From a virus (Duplodnaviria > Heunggongvirae > Uroviricota > Caudoviricetes), in the IMG/VR virus record IMGVR_UViG_2713896795_000005, positions 1 through 17,287 of that record: a stretch of 17,287 nucleotides of DNA. One strand, given 5' to 3'. Each line of letters begins with the position of its first letter. The stretch's first letter is position 1. Position numbers and translations under genes: made by a program. The notes beneath the pieces are model-generated. The model was not told where the DNA came from and searched no databases. It saw only the letters and a program-made list of their open reading frames with translations. Positions 1 through 15,656 of this stretch are shown piece after piece.

Positions 1-31
1 AAAACTAGTATTAAGACTATCACTTATTTAA

Positions 32-3676
<3,645 letters not shown>

Positions 3677-3684
3677 ATAAACCA

Positions 3685-3714
3685 GTAAGGGAGTAATTCC
3701 ATACACTCCCTTAC
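3685..3714 (+). terminator. Stem-loop after the fibre gene (weak U-tract)
   Basis: GTAAGGGAGT (3685-3694), 10-nt loop, ACTCCCTTAC (3705-3714): perfect 10-bp inverted repeat 9 nt after the stop. The downstream tract is only moderately T-rich. Confidence 0.45.
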
Positions 3715-3748
3715 TATCAAATTAAATCTTTATAAGGAAATTAAAATT

Positions 3749-3919
3749 ATGGCTATGGATATTATGTCAGGTGCAAACCTAAAAGTAGAAGTAGGTACAA
3801 GTGCTGGTAACACACTAGCGACCGACTTTAAAGAAGTTCCCGAAGTTGCTAGCTTTACTACTTCTGGCTTTGAATCAGTTGTTATAGACGTAAAAACTTT
3901 CAACTCTTCATATAACCGT
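3749..3919 (+). CDS. Exon 1 of intron-containing small tail protein (putative major tail/tube protein by position)
   Basis: ATG 3749 preceded by AAGGAA (3734-3739). Unspliced reading stops at TAA 3923-3925 after 58 codons. Homologous to the fibre N-terminal domain (EVASFTTSGFESVV vs [13 protein letters not shown]). Confidence 0.6.
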
Positions 3920-4189
3920 GGATAAAATAGCGGCCTATAGTAGCAATACTATTTGAATAACTCCTTTAATTGCTGGAAACTCTTATTATTAAGTTAAAGA
4001 CAATCAGCAGCGAAACCATATTATATGGAACGTTCAACGACTAGCCGAAAGGCGTAGGGATTAAGTAATCTCGAAATGGGGAGAATCCGAAATATCGGAT
4101 TGTGATATAGTCTAATCTGTATAGAAATATGCAGCAGTCATAAAGACCGATGACGATGTAGTATTAACGCCACTACATGAATAAAAATG
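3920..4189 (+). ncRNA. Group I self-splicing intron, ~270 nt, no homing endonuclease ORF
   Basis: Conserved core elements: P AATTGCTGGAAAC (3968-3980), Q AATCAGCAGCG (4002-4012), R GTTCAACGACTAG (4032-4044), S GATATAGTCTAA (4104-4115). P4 pairing TGCTG/CAGCA and P7 pairing GACTA/TAGTC. 5' exon ends in U3919 with a candidate guide GCGG (3930-3933) pairing CCGU. Intron ends ...AAAAATG (G4189), like the T4 td intron 3' end. In-frame stops sit at both intron ends (TAA 3923-3925, TGA 4178-4180). Confidence 0.75.
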
Positions 4190-4477
4190 AAATTGCTCGG
4201 CACAAAATCGATCCCTGATATTGAACTAAGTGTTAACTATCTTGCGGATAATACAGTACACCAACAATTAGAGACTCTCGCAGACGAGCAAAAACGCTGT
4301 CAGATTCGTCTAAGCTACTATACTGATGCAACCCACACTACTGGTTTTTATGTAGTTTATACTTGCTTCGTTAGTTCCACTACTATTGATGGCGACAAAG
4401 ATGAAGTAGTAACTAAAGCATTCAACCTAGCTGTAGACGGTGCAGCCGTTGAATCAGGTACACTACCTTCTATCTAA
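4190..4477 (+). CDS. Exon 2 of intron-containing small tail protein
   Basis: Same frame as exon 1; removing 3920-4189 (270 nt) joins ...SSYNR to KLLGTKSIPDIELSVNYL..., collinear and gap-free against the fibre N-domain (...SSGYSEKLLAEQDIGNIEVVVNYL...). Shared GDKD-x-VVTK motif near the C-terminus. Stop TAA 4475-4477. Confidence 0.6.
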   Translation, partial: KLLGTKSIPDIELSVNYLADNTVHQQLETLADEQKRCQIRLSYYTDATHTTGFYVVYTCFVSSTTIDGDKDEVVTKAFNLAVDGAAVESGTLPSI

Positions 4478-4485
4478 AATAAATA

Positions 4486-4520
4486 AGAGTGTTAGCTTAT
4501 GGTTAGCACTCTATTTTTTT
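4486..4520 (+). terminator. Rho-independent terminator
   Basis: 11-bp stem AGAGTGTTAGC / GTTAGCACTCT (two G-U pairs), 5-nt loop, then A plus T7 (4514-4520). Confidence 0.7.
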
Positions 4521-4542
4521 AACTTTTAATAAGGAATACACA

Positions 4543-4845
4543 ATGAATCTACAAGACATCCTAAAAAAACTATCTCCAAAAAAACATACTTTTAATATTG
4601 AAGGTGCAGAATTTTTTATTCACCGTGCACGTTCTAAAGATATTGAAGCATTAAACAAGCCACTAGAGGCAATCATGGTTTGTACTTGTGATGAAAATGG
4701 CGATCCAATCTTCAGTACCGAAGATATCGAAGGACGTATTAATCTAAATGCTCTTGATTCAGAATATGTATCAAAAATCTATCTAGCTATTATTGAATTG
4801 TATAAAGACCATTCTGATATACAGGACGAAATCGAAAAAAAATAA
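4543..4845 (+). CDS. Tail assembly chaperone (lambda gpG-like)
   Basis: 100-aa acidic ORF immediately upstream of the tape measure gene, with AAGGAA SD, ending in a poly-A slippery tract. Called from synteny and the frameshift arrangement. Confidence 0.6.
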   Translation: MNLQDILKKLSPKKHTFNIEGAEFFIHRARSKDIEALNKPLEAIMVCTCDENGDPIFSTEDIEGRINLNALDSEYVSKIYLAIIELYKDHSDIQDEIEKK

Positions 4846-5240
4846 TAGAGGATCATGAATTACGCACCTATCTAGATTTAATTACTACTAATGGGATTAG
4901 TATTAGTGAGATGGAAAATTTAGATCCTGATTTGTTTATGGCTATTAGGATCTATAAATCCTGTATGAGTAGTAAGGCAGAAAAAACGCAGATGTTATAC
5001 CACGCCCATACATGCTACCTAATGGCTATGTACTCTAATATATCAACTGATTATAAAAAGGGTCTATCTTATACTGATTTTGACTTTCTGGATATTCTTG
5101 ATGATTCTCTAACAACTAAAGAACGTGCGGAAAAGAGAAAACAAAATTCAATCAAAAAGCAATCTAACGATATTGCACAAATGGGAGAATATATTAAAAA
5201 CCTAGCTCAACAAGGAAGTAAGAAAGATGGCAAAAAATAA
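4543..5240 (+). CDS. GT-like frameshift fusion chaperone (G-like ORF joined to ORF 4911-5240 by -1 shift at ~4842)
   Basis: Frame of ORF 4911-5240 has no stop between the slippery site and 4911. Its 3' end overlaps the tape measure start (5227). This is the conserved G/GT arrangement of long-tailed phages. Confidence 0.5.
4836..4842 (+). promoter_or_regulatory. Programmed -1 ribosomal frameshift slippery heptamer A AAA AAA
   Basis: Heptamer lies in the zero frame of the G-like ORF two codons before its stop (4843-4845). The -1 frame is open from the TGA at 4815-4817 through to 5240. Confidence 0.55.
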
Positions 5241-7425
5241 CGATAAAATTAGAGTAGAAATAGATGGCGATAGTACCGGACTGTCTAAATCACTACAGCA
5301 GGCAGAAAATAAAATTGATGCCTTTGGCAAGAAGGCTGGCGGTACTTTAGGTGGTATGGCATCGAGTACAGGTCAAGTATTCGATACTCTATCCCGTGGT
5401 GTATTGGGTGTTGCAGGTGTTGCTACTAGTGCTGGTATTGCGGTTGCAGCCTTTGCACTTAAAGTTAATGATGCAGTACGCGAACTAAACCAATTATCAA
5501 AACAGTCCGGTATGTCGGTATCACAACTACAGAAGCTACAGAAGGCATTCTATCAAACTGGTATTGGTGCCGAAGGTCTAGCAGATATCAACCAAGATAC
5601 CCTAGATAAAATGGGTGAGGGATATGCAGCAGGAACAGGTGAATTTGTTAACGTCATCAAAGAAATGGGCTTAAACGTAAATGACTTTACAAAGTACGTA
5701 GGTAAGGCTAATGGCGGGATCGAGTCCATGTCACAACTTTACTTTAAGTTGAAAGATGCTGGTAAGACACAAGCCGAAATCGCGTATGCAATGGAAGCAG
5801 TAGCAAGTAATGGATATCGATTAGCTGGCGTATTAGGTGACTTCAAAACACATGAAGATGCAATGATTCATATTCAGAAGCAATCAGTAGCAGTATCTGA
5901 TGAACAGGCTAAAGCATTCTCAAAATTTGATGATAATATTAATAAATTATCTACTAGTTTCCAAACCTTATCAGTAAAAGGTGCTACGCCATTAGTTGCA
6001 AAATTAAATGAACTACTAGACGTATTGAATAGTAATGATTTAGGTAGTAATACCTTTATGGATCAGTTGACAGGAAAAACTCTTGCAGCAAATAAAGCAT
6101 TATCTATTAATGAACAGTTAATGGGTAAGGTTTCGAAAGAATTAGTTCCAGGAAGATTAGCAGGTAATAAAGGTAATGAAGCGGACTTTATTGCAAAGAG
6201 TAAGCGAGATGGTGATATTGCATTTGCAAAATTAAATGCAAAGAAAGAATCTGTTAATAATCCACGTGGTGATAAGGCTTGGACTGAAATCGAAGATCCC
6301 GCAAAGATTAAACAGAAAGCCGAAGCAGCAGCGAAAGCAAGAAAGGCAGCAGAAGATAAGGCAGCTAACGAGCGTATTGCAGCACAAAAGGCATTAGATA
6401 AAATCTTAGTAGATCAAACTATCGGTACTAATGAGCGTCAATTAGCAGAGTTTGAACGCCAACAGAAAGAGATAGTAGAAACTATTAGGAAGAGTGCTAA
6501 AACATTAGGACTATCAGATGAGAAACTACGCCAGCTATTAAATGATCAAGTTACAGCAGGTGCAGCAAGTAGACTACAGATGATTAATCAAATGGTTGGT
6601 TATTCCAATCCAAATGAAACTACTAATCAGCAAAATAGTCTATTAGCTAGTGGACAAGTTGGGGCAGCAGGTCAAGCATTCTTAGGTAATCAGATTGATG
6701 AAACTTATGGAGTGGATAATACACAATATAAGCTAGACCAGATGAACGAAGAAAGAGAAGCAATCCTCCGCCAGAATGATTTACTAATTCAGGACAAGGA
6801 ATCATTTGAAAAACGTAAAGCAGCTATTACAGCACACTTCGCAGCGAAAGCAGTACAGATTCAGAACCAAGAAACAATGAAAACTCTCTCTATTTCTGCC
6901 GATGCAATGTCTCAAATGGGGGCAGGTATGGCGGCGGCTTTTGGTGAGTCATCCGGTGCGGCTCAGGCGTTCTATGCAGTACAACGCGGTCTAACTATCA
7001 GTATGACTATCATGAAGATTCAAGAGGCGTTAGCTAGTGCACTATCATTAGGTTTCCCACAAAACATTCCAGCTTATGCACAAATTGCAGGAATGGGTAT
7101 GTCTATCATCAGTACCGCCAAGGGTGCTAGTGCTGGTCAGTTCCACGGTGGCGTAGATGAAATACCCGCTAACTTGAATAATAAATCTTTTATTCTTAAA
7201 GAGGGTGAACGCGTAGTTCAACCAGAGGCCAATACTAAATTGACTCGTTTCCTAGATCGTCAGGAATCAGGTGGTGATAATACTTCTGGTGCTGGTGAAA
7301 TTGTTGTTAATGCCCCAATGTATGTTTACGGTGCAGATAATGATCAACAATTCCAGGAGAAACTAAAGAAACATAAAGACAGTATCGTACAGGCTGTACG
7401 TGATTCACAACGTCGTAACTCATAA
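5227..7425 (+). CDS. Tail tape measure protein
   Basis: 732 aa, Ala/Gln/Lys-rich with long predicted helical segments, directly downstream of the chaperone pair; SD AAGGAAG at 5213-5219. Confidence 0.85.
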   Translation: MAKNNDKIRVEIDGDSTGLSKSLQQAENKIDAFGKKAGGTLGGMASSTGQVFDTLSRGVLGVAGVATSAGIAVAAFALKVNDAVRELNQLSKQSGMSVSQLQKLQKAFYQTGIGAEGLADINQDTLDKMGEGYAAGTGEFVNVIKEMGLNVNDFTKYVGKANGGIESMSQLYFKLKDAGKTQAEIAYAMEAVASNGYRLAGVLGDFKTHEDAMIHIQKQSVAVSDEQAKAFSKFDDNINKLSTSFQTLSVKGATPLVAKLNELLDVLNSNDLGSNTFMDQLTGKTLAANKALSINEQLMGKVSKELVPGRLAGNKGNEADFIAKSKRDGDIAFAKLNAKKESVNNPRGDKAWTEIEDPAKIKQKAEAAAKARKAAEDKAANERIAAQKALDKILVDQTIGTNERQLAEFERQQKEIVETIRKSAKTLGLSDEKLRQLLNDQVTAGAASRLQMINQMVGYSNPNETTNQQNSLLASGQVGAAGQAFLGNQIDETYGVDNTQYKLDQMNEEREAILRQNDLLIQDKESFEKRKAAITAHFAAKAVQIQNQETMKTLSISADAMSQMGAGMAAAFGESSGAAQAFYAVQRGLTISMTIMKIQEALASALSLGFPQNIPAYAQIAGMGMSIISTAKGASAGQFHGGVDEIPANLNNKSFILKEGERVVQPEANTKLTRFLDRQESGGDNTSGAGEIVVNAPMYVYGADNDQQFQEKLKKHKDSIVQAVRDSQRRNS

Positions 7426-7428
7426 TAT

Positions 7429-7452
7429 AAGGGGGAATTATACCCCTTTATT
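7429..7452 (+). terminator. Stem-loop plus T-tract after the tape measure gene
   Basis: GGGG (7431-7434) / CCCC (7443-7446) stem with AATTATA-type loop, followed by TTTATT. Confidence 0.5.
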
Positions 7453-7491
7453 CGTATAAATATAATAAGAAATCTTATAAGGAATTTAATA

Positions 7492-8046
7492 ATGATTAAC
7501 TTTACAAATGCAATTAAAGTATCAAACGTGAATCTAAAGAACGTGCAACCAATCTATGAGCATCAAGCCTGGAGCGGTAAAAAGTTACAACGTGCAACAG
7601 GTATACAATACTATGAAGTAGAATTTACTCTCACCTATAACGTAAAAGATCGTCGCGAAGTAGATAGCTTCCTAGCCTCATATTCTCTTGGTAAACCATT
7701 CCAGATGGACTTAGGACACCTATCAACTTATTCAGGTGCACAAAATACCGCAGTATCCAGTGTATCAGCCGTCGCGGCGGGTAATATCGTACTGAATACT
7801 AACTCTCAACTATTGGGCGTAGGTGACTTAGTACAATTTACTAATCACACCAAACTATATCGAATCATTGACCGTACTAATACCAGTATTACAGTATTCC
7901 CAGCACTCAGGGAAGCAGTACAGGCAGGTGAAATCATCAAGTATAACAACCTAACACTAACGGCTATTTTGAATGCAGATAATGATTATACAGTACCTAT
8001 TACTAACGTAATGATGATCAAACTGAAGGCAACGGAGAATTTATAA
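7492..8046 (+). CDS. Minor tail protein (distal tail / gpM-like position)
   Basis: 184-aa ORF directly after the tape measure gene with AAGGAA SD (7479-7484). Function assigned by synteny only. Confidence 0.45.
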   Translation: MINFTNAIKVSNVNLKNVQPIYEHQAWSGKKLQRATGIQYYEVEFTLTYNVKDRREVDSFLASYSLGKPFQMDLGHLSTYSGAQNTAVSSVSAVAAGNIVLNTNSQLLGVGDLVQFTNHTKLYRIIDRTNTSITVFPALREAVQAGEIIKYNNLTLTAILNADNDYTVPITNVMMIKLKATENL

Positions 8047-8047
8047 T

Positions 8048-8655
8048 ATGGATGATTTAAAAACAAATGCCAACCTCCTAAAATACTGGAATCTAACACG
8101 TGGTGGTAATCGTAAATCACTTACTATTCAGGAGATCATGAGTTTAGGGCAGCATGTTACCTGTTTTGATGTTTTCCCCCGTGGACAAAATGCCATTCAC
8201 TGGACTGATGCATTCATTGACCTAAACCTAAATAGTGTAGTATACCAGTCCTTCCCAGATATTATTCAGGATTCACTACCTAGCTTTAGTGAAGAAAAGG
8301 GAATTAGTAATAACTCTATCTCCTTTAAAGTTAGTAATATTGACAACTCAGTACAGATGCTTGCATTAGGTAATGGCCTATTCAAAGCGAAAGTTAATAT
8401 TATTATGGTAATTCTAGATCCATACACCACCACACCAATCTATCAGATGTTGATGTTCTCTGGCTTCATTGATTACTGTCAAGCAACAGCAGATCCAAAC
8501 CAGAAAGTAACCGAACTAACGATTAACGTTAACAGTATCTACCAGAAGCTGGACGTACAGACTCGTACTATTGCGAGTGATTCAGTGTATCAATCTTATT
8601 ATCCAGGTGATGCGTTTATGTCACTACTAGGACAGGTAAACCAAGCAAACCAAGA

Positions 8656-8671
<16 letters not shown>
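8048..8671 (+). CDS. Minor tail protein (gpL-like position)
   Basis: 207-aa ORF starting 2 nt after the previous stop. Function by synteny only. Confidence 0.4.
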
Positions 8672-12262
<3,591 letters not shown>

Positions 12263-12275
12263 TAAATAAAAGCGT

Positions 12276-12305
12276 AGGTGAGGGAATTATCCCCTACCTT
12301 TTTTA
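12276..12305 (+). terminator. Rho-independent terminator after the J-like gene
   Basis: Imperfect hairpin AGGTGAGGGA / TCCCCTACCT followed by a T7 tract (12299-12305). Confidence 0.6.
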
Positions 12306-12318
12306 AAAGGATAATATT

Positions 12319-12522
12319 ATGTTTCAATATCTAAAAGACGAAGATGGCGTAATCAAAGCAGTTCTACTAACTAATATTTGTGAAATTGCCGCATCAGGTG
12401 ATGACTTTCTAATCATTAAATCAAATAACGTATCGTGGGAAGAACTACCACAACGTCTAATGGTTAATATGGATGCACTTTCGGGTAAAGATGAAGACAT
12501 TCAGGAAGGAGATCAAGAGTAA
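12319..12522 (+). CDS. Hypothetical small acidic protein
   Basis: 67-aa ORF with AAAGGA SD; its stop overlaps the next start (TAATG at 12520-12524). Confidence 0.5.
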   Translation: MFQYLKDEDGVIKAVLLTNICEIAASGDDFLIIKSNNVSWEELPQRLMVNMDALSGKDEDIQEGDQE

Positions 12523-12818
12523 TGGCACAAGGTCTACAATGCTGGAATGCAGCAGGGCAGATAGTAGTAGATTTGGGTGATTATAATATGCGTTATATGG
12601 GGGCAACTTCATTGAACATTGCATCAGGCACTACAAATACCTGGGGTGTTGCTTTCGGTGGTATGCGTACAACTGGCTGGCTAGCCGTTCCACGTTCCGT
12701 AGCATGGGGTACAGAATTTTACTGTATTCCTGGTAATGACGCATTTACAGTACGATATACTCCTACTGGTTATATCTATGCACAAACTGTAATTTTCGAT
12801 GTTTACTCATTTGGATAA
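12522..12818 (+). CDS. Hypothetical protein, paralogue A of a two-member family
   Basis: N-terminus GLQCWNAAGQIVVDLGDYN and C-terminal AFTVRY match the next ORF (GFNVYNAYGKLTVDSDN ... SFTVQY). Confidence 0.55.
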   Translation: MAQGLQCWNAAGQIVVDLGDYNMRYMGATSLNIASGTTNTWGVAFGGMRTTGWLAVPRSVAWGTEFYCIPGNDAFTVRYTPTGYIYAQTVIFDVYSFG

Positions 12819-12827
12819 GGATTATCT

Positions 12828-13475
12828 ATGTCAGGTTTTAATGTTTATAATGCGTATGGGAAACTCACTGTAGATTCTGATAATAGAGCTACTCTAATTT
12901 CTCAAGTTAAGGATATGGGCGGTCTAATTGATGTCGGTGCCTTCAATATTCCATCTGCTTTCGGTAATGGGTCTACACTAGGTTATATTGGCCTTAATTT
13001 CTTCCCCGCCGATGGTCTACGCTGGTTTCAACTATACAGTGATGGTAGATACTGCTTTCCTGGTGCATCGCTCTATGAAGCTGGTACAGGCCGTTTTATG
13101 CTATCTAATAATACTAATGCAATGACGTCTGGTTATCTTGATGTGTTCAATGGTGGCGGTGGTTTGATCTGGAGTGCTGCCAGTGCTGGTACTATGCCGC
13201 GTATACTGGACTTTTTCACAATTCCGGCTGGTCATGATCTGGCAAGTCCTATCACCTTCAATACCAATTTTGCTAATCCGTGGATTTGCATTAGTCAGTG
13301 TCCAGGTAACGTAACAGATGACGGTACTGTAGGTGGTTATTCCGGTATCATGATTCGTCGTAATAGTGCTACATCATTTACAGTACAGTACGTTAACAAG
13401 AACCAGATGAACTACCCCACGGCAATGGGATCATCACAAGTACAAATCGCACTAGCTGCCTTTACTGGTTATTAA
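12828..13475 (+). CDS. Hypothetical protein, paralogue B (longer, Gly-rich insert)
   Basis: 215-aa ORF with AAGGA SD, sharing N- and C-terminal motifs with 12522-12818. Confidence 0.55.
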   Translation: MSGFNVYNAYGKLTVDSDNRATLISQVKDMGGLIDVGAFNIPSAFGNGSTLGYIGLNFFPADGLRWFQLYSDGRYCFPGASLYEAGTGRFMLSNNTNAMTSGYLDVFNGGGGLIWSAASAGTMPRILDFFTIPAGHDLASPITFNTNFANPWICISQCPGNVTDDGTVGGYSGIMIRRNSATSFTVQYVNKNQMNYPTAMGSSQVQIALAAFTGY

Positions 13476-13536
13476 CTGGTACTACTCTCTAAGCATAAAT
13501 AAAAGTAACTATAAAATATAAAATAGGGTCTATTAT

Positions 13537-13863
13537 ATGGCAGGATGGGAAAATATAATTGCCGTCATAATAGCTTTGGGTGCTTTTATTTGGAATCTCA
13601 TTAGAGATAAATTCGCAGACTTTAAAACACTTGAATCACGACTGGCTAAAATAGAATCAGATTTAGCACATACTAAATCGGACGTAGAAAGGTTAGAAAA
13701 GGGTCAGGATGATTTAGAATCAGCACTCAATGATTTACGTTCTCAGATTCATTCAATGGATCTAAAAATAGAACGAGTGATAGCAATATTAGAAAAAAAT
13801 AAGGGGCTTATTGCCCCTTTTCTTTTTGCTATTTGTTTACTAATTGATAAATCATATCTTTAA
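13537..13863 (+). CDS. Membrane-anchored coiled-coil protein (lysis-associated candidate: i-spanin-like or holin-like)
   Basis: N-terminal TM segment (IIAVIIALGAFIWNLI) followed by a predicted heptad-rich helical region. The 3' end reads through the terminator hairpin and overlaps the convergent lysozyme gene by 35 nt. Paralogue of the frame-split ORF at 15968-16218. Confidence 0.55.
   Translation: MAGWENIIAVIIALGAFIWNLIRDKFADFKTLESRLAKIESDLAHTKSDVERLEKGQDDLESALNDLRSQIHSMDLKIERVIAILEKNKGLIAPFLFAICLLIDKSYL
13801..13828. terminator. Bidirectional rho-independent terminator shared by convergent genes
   Basis: AAGGGGC (13801-13807) / GCCCCTT (13813-13819) hairpin; + strand followed by TTTCTTTTT, - strand followed by ATTTTTTTC. 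Confidence 0.6.
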
Positions 13864-14281
13864 CGCGGTTAGGTGTCTGACGATACCATAGACTATCTTT
13901 AGCCTGAATAATCGCCCCCTTCCAATCCTTGCGGTGTAGTGCTGCAATCATCTTCTTGAACTTCTTAACACCACCTAAACCCAACTGAAAGGCCATAATA
14001 ACTAAGAAGTCTTGCCAGTCCTTCGGTAAGTCCAAGCCCAATGTTTTAACATCCTTGATAGTACGGTCAATATCCCATGCCAGTAGTAAATCTGCATCAA
14101 TGGCACTGATACCGTTTTTGTACTTTTCGATTTCATTAGGTAGGATCTTATGTCCGTAACCGATTGTAGCGTACCCTTCGGTATCCACATATGGGTAGAA
14201 CTTGTCTTGTCGATAGTATCCGCGTACTCGTTGGTATTCTTTAGTACCTTCATATAGTTTTAATCTTTCTTTAATGTCCAT
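13829..14281 (-). CDS. T4-type lysozyme (glycoside hydrolase family 24 endolysin)
   Basis: Close match to the T4 lysozyme pattern: E11 in LKLYEG, DTEGYATIGYGH (T4 DTEGYYTIGIGH), SLWYRQTPNRVKDM (T4 SRWYNQTPNRAKRV). No signal peptide. Confidence 0.85.
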   Translation of the reverse strand: MDIKERLKLYEGTKEYQRVRGYYRQDKFYPYVDTEGYATIGYGHKILPNEIEKYKNGISAIDADLLLAWDIDRTIKDVKTLGLDLPKDWQDFLVIMAFQLGLGGVKKFKKMIAALHRKDWKGAIIQAKDSLWYRQTPNRVKDMIYQLVNK

Positions 14282-14319
14282 AAATAACCTTATAATAATA
14301 GTAATAATTAAGGATATTT

Positions 14320-14757
14320 ATGGTGTGGGATATGTTTGATCCAGAAGTCTGGAATATAAAAGATGTAGATTCTGGCAACTATGCCGCATTTGTTTACTTA
14401 ATTCAGTTTGATAATGGTAGTTGGTATATTGGTATGAAACAGATATATCAGGGCGTTAAAGATATTAAAAAATTAAAGTCCAGTACCAAACAATCGAACT
14501 GGAAGGACTACACATCAAGTAGTAGAACAGTAAATGCCTTAATTGACGCAGGGGAGGACTATAAAAAGTATGTTCTATGGTGTTTCCCTACTGCGAACCA
14601 AGCAAGCATAGTAGAAACGGCCTTAATCGCTACGAGTGGACTACTACCGCATAATCTGAATAAAGCCATACTTGCAAAGGCAAGACTACCAGCGAGCGAT
14701 ACAGACGCGTTAAAGCTATTTAAAATTGTAAAAGGACTAATAGGATCTCTAACATGA
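14320..14757 (+). CDS. Hypothetical protein, possible GIY-YIG nuclease-like fold
   Basis: FVYLIQFDNGSWYIG gives a V-Y-L ... (9 aa) ... Y-I-G spacing like GIY-YIG motifs; later IVETALI and PHNLN could supply the Glu and Asn. No clear catalytic Arg. AAGGA SD; stop overlaps the next start. Confidence 0.4.
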   Translation: MVWDMFDPEVWNIKDVDSGNYAAFVYLIQFDNGSWYIGMKQIYQGVKDIKKLKSSTKQSNWKDYTSSSRTVNALIDAGEDYKKYVLWCFPTANQASIVETALIATSGLLPHNLNKAILAKARLPASDTDALKLFKIVKGLIGSLT

Positions 14758-15332
14758 AAATCAATGCAAAAATAACTGGCCTATCCAGTGCAAAGGGCTA
14801 TCTAAATCAACAGGGAAAATTATATGGTAATCAATTCCAAGATGAACTAATCAAACGTACTCGCCAACTAGCTAAGGAAATGCAAGCAGATTTAAATGAT
14901 TCAATTGATAAAGGGGGCGTAGCCTTTACAAAGAATGCTGTACTGTACTTTTATAACAAGTCCGGTACTAGCGTAAAATGTACCATCATGATTAAAGATA
15001 TTCAGGCTGGGTATCTTTATGACGTGATAGTACATCCAGATCCACTAAAGAAATTTGTACCTACATCTGCGGCACGTCTGACTAAACAGGGGAACATACC
15101 CCAGCTTAAAAGTAATGTTGAAAAGGGTAAATATCGCGTAGTAGTTGAAAACGGGAAAAAGTACCTAATCGATACAACTAAGAAAGATACGAAGACAAAA
15201 ACTAAACGTGTAATTGGTGTACGTGAAACGAAGAAGAGGAAGCTAATTTATGACTTCTATGAAGAAGCAGAAAAGGGAGTAACTACAATTGTTAGCGGCA
15301 TGAAAGGACACTTTAAACTGAAGAAGGGGTAA
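14754..15332 (+). CDS. Hypothetical protein with lysine-rich basic C-terminal region
   Basis: 192-aa ORF, translationally coupled (ATGA overlap at 14754-14757). No family recognised. Confidence 0.5.
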   Translation: MKINAKITGLSSAKGYLNQQGKLYGNQFQDELIKRTRQLAKEMQADLNDSIDKGGVAFTKNAVLYFYNKSGTSVKCTIMIKDIQAGYLYDVIVHPDPLKKFVPTSAARLTKQGNIPQLKSNVEKGKYRVVVENGKKYLIDTTKKDTKTKTKRVIGVRETKKRKLIYDFYEEAEKGVTTIVSGMKGHFKLKKG

Positions 15333-15335
15333 CAA

Positions 15336-15656
15336 ATGAATTTAGAAGAACATCACTATGGGGAGGAAGTTAACGAGATTACATTAGATGGGGTAACACC
15401 ATTTGGTAATTCATATCAGTTCGAACTTTTTCAACTAGACAATAAGAAAATAAAAAAGAAAGTTAAAACTTTTGCACCTGATATTAAAACTTATATGAAT
15501 GTAGTTTTCTCCTATAAGCAATCACAGTGGACTGATGGGGATATACTAACATGGACGTATAAAAGTATACCCTTTGAAGTAGTGCTACTCGATTCACATT
15601 TTATCAGTGTTAAGGGTAAACATTTCTATCAATATGTAATAGGAGTAAAAAAATGA
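15336..15656 (+). CDS. Hypothetical protein
   Basis: 106-aa ORF starting 4 nt after the upstream stop. No family recognised. Confidence 0.5.
   Translation: MNLEEHHYGEEVNEITLDGVTPFGNSYQFELFQLDNKKIKKKVKTFAPDIKTYMNVVFSYKQSQWTDGDILTWTYKSIPFEVVLLDSHFISVKGKHFYQYVIGVKK

Noticed and set aside
3925-4186. Protein-coding gene or homing endonuclease in the gap between the two small tail ORFs
   Set aside because: No ORF of meaningful length in any frame; the segment instead carries group I intron core elements and is too short for a homing endonuclease.
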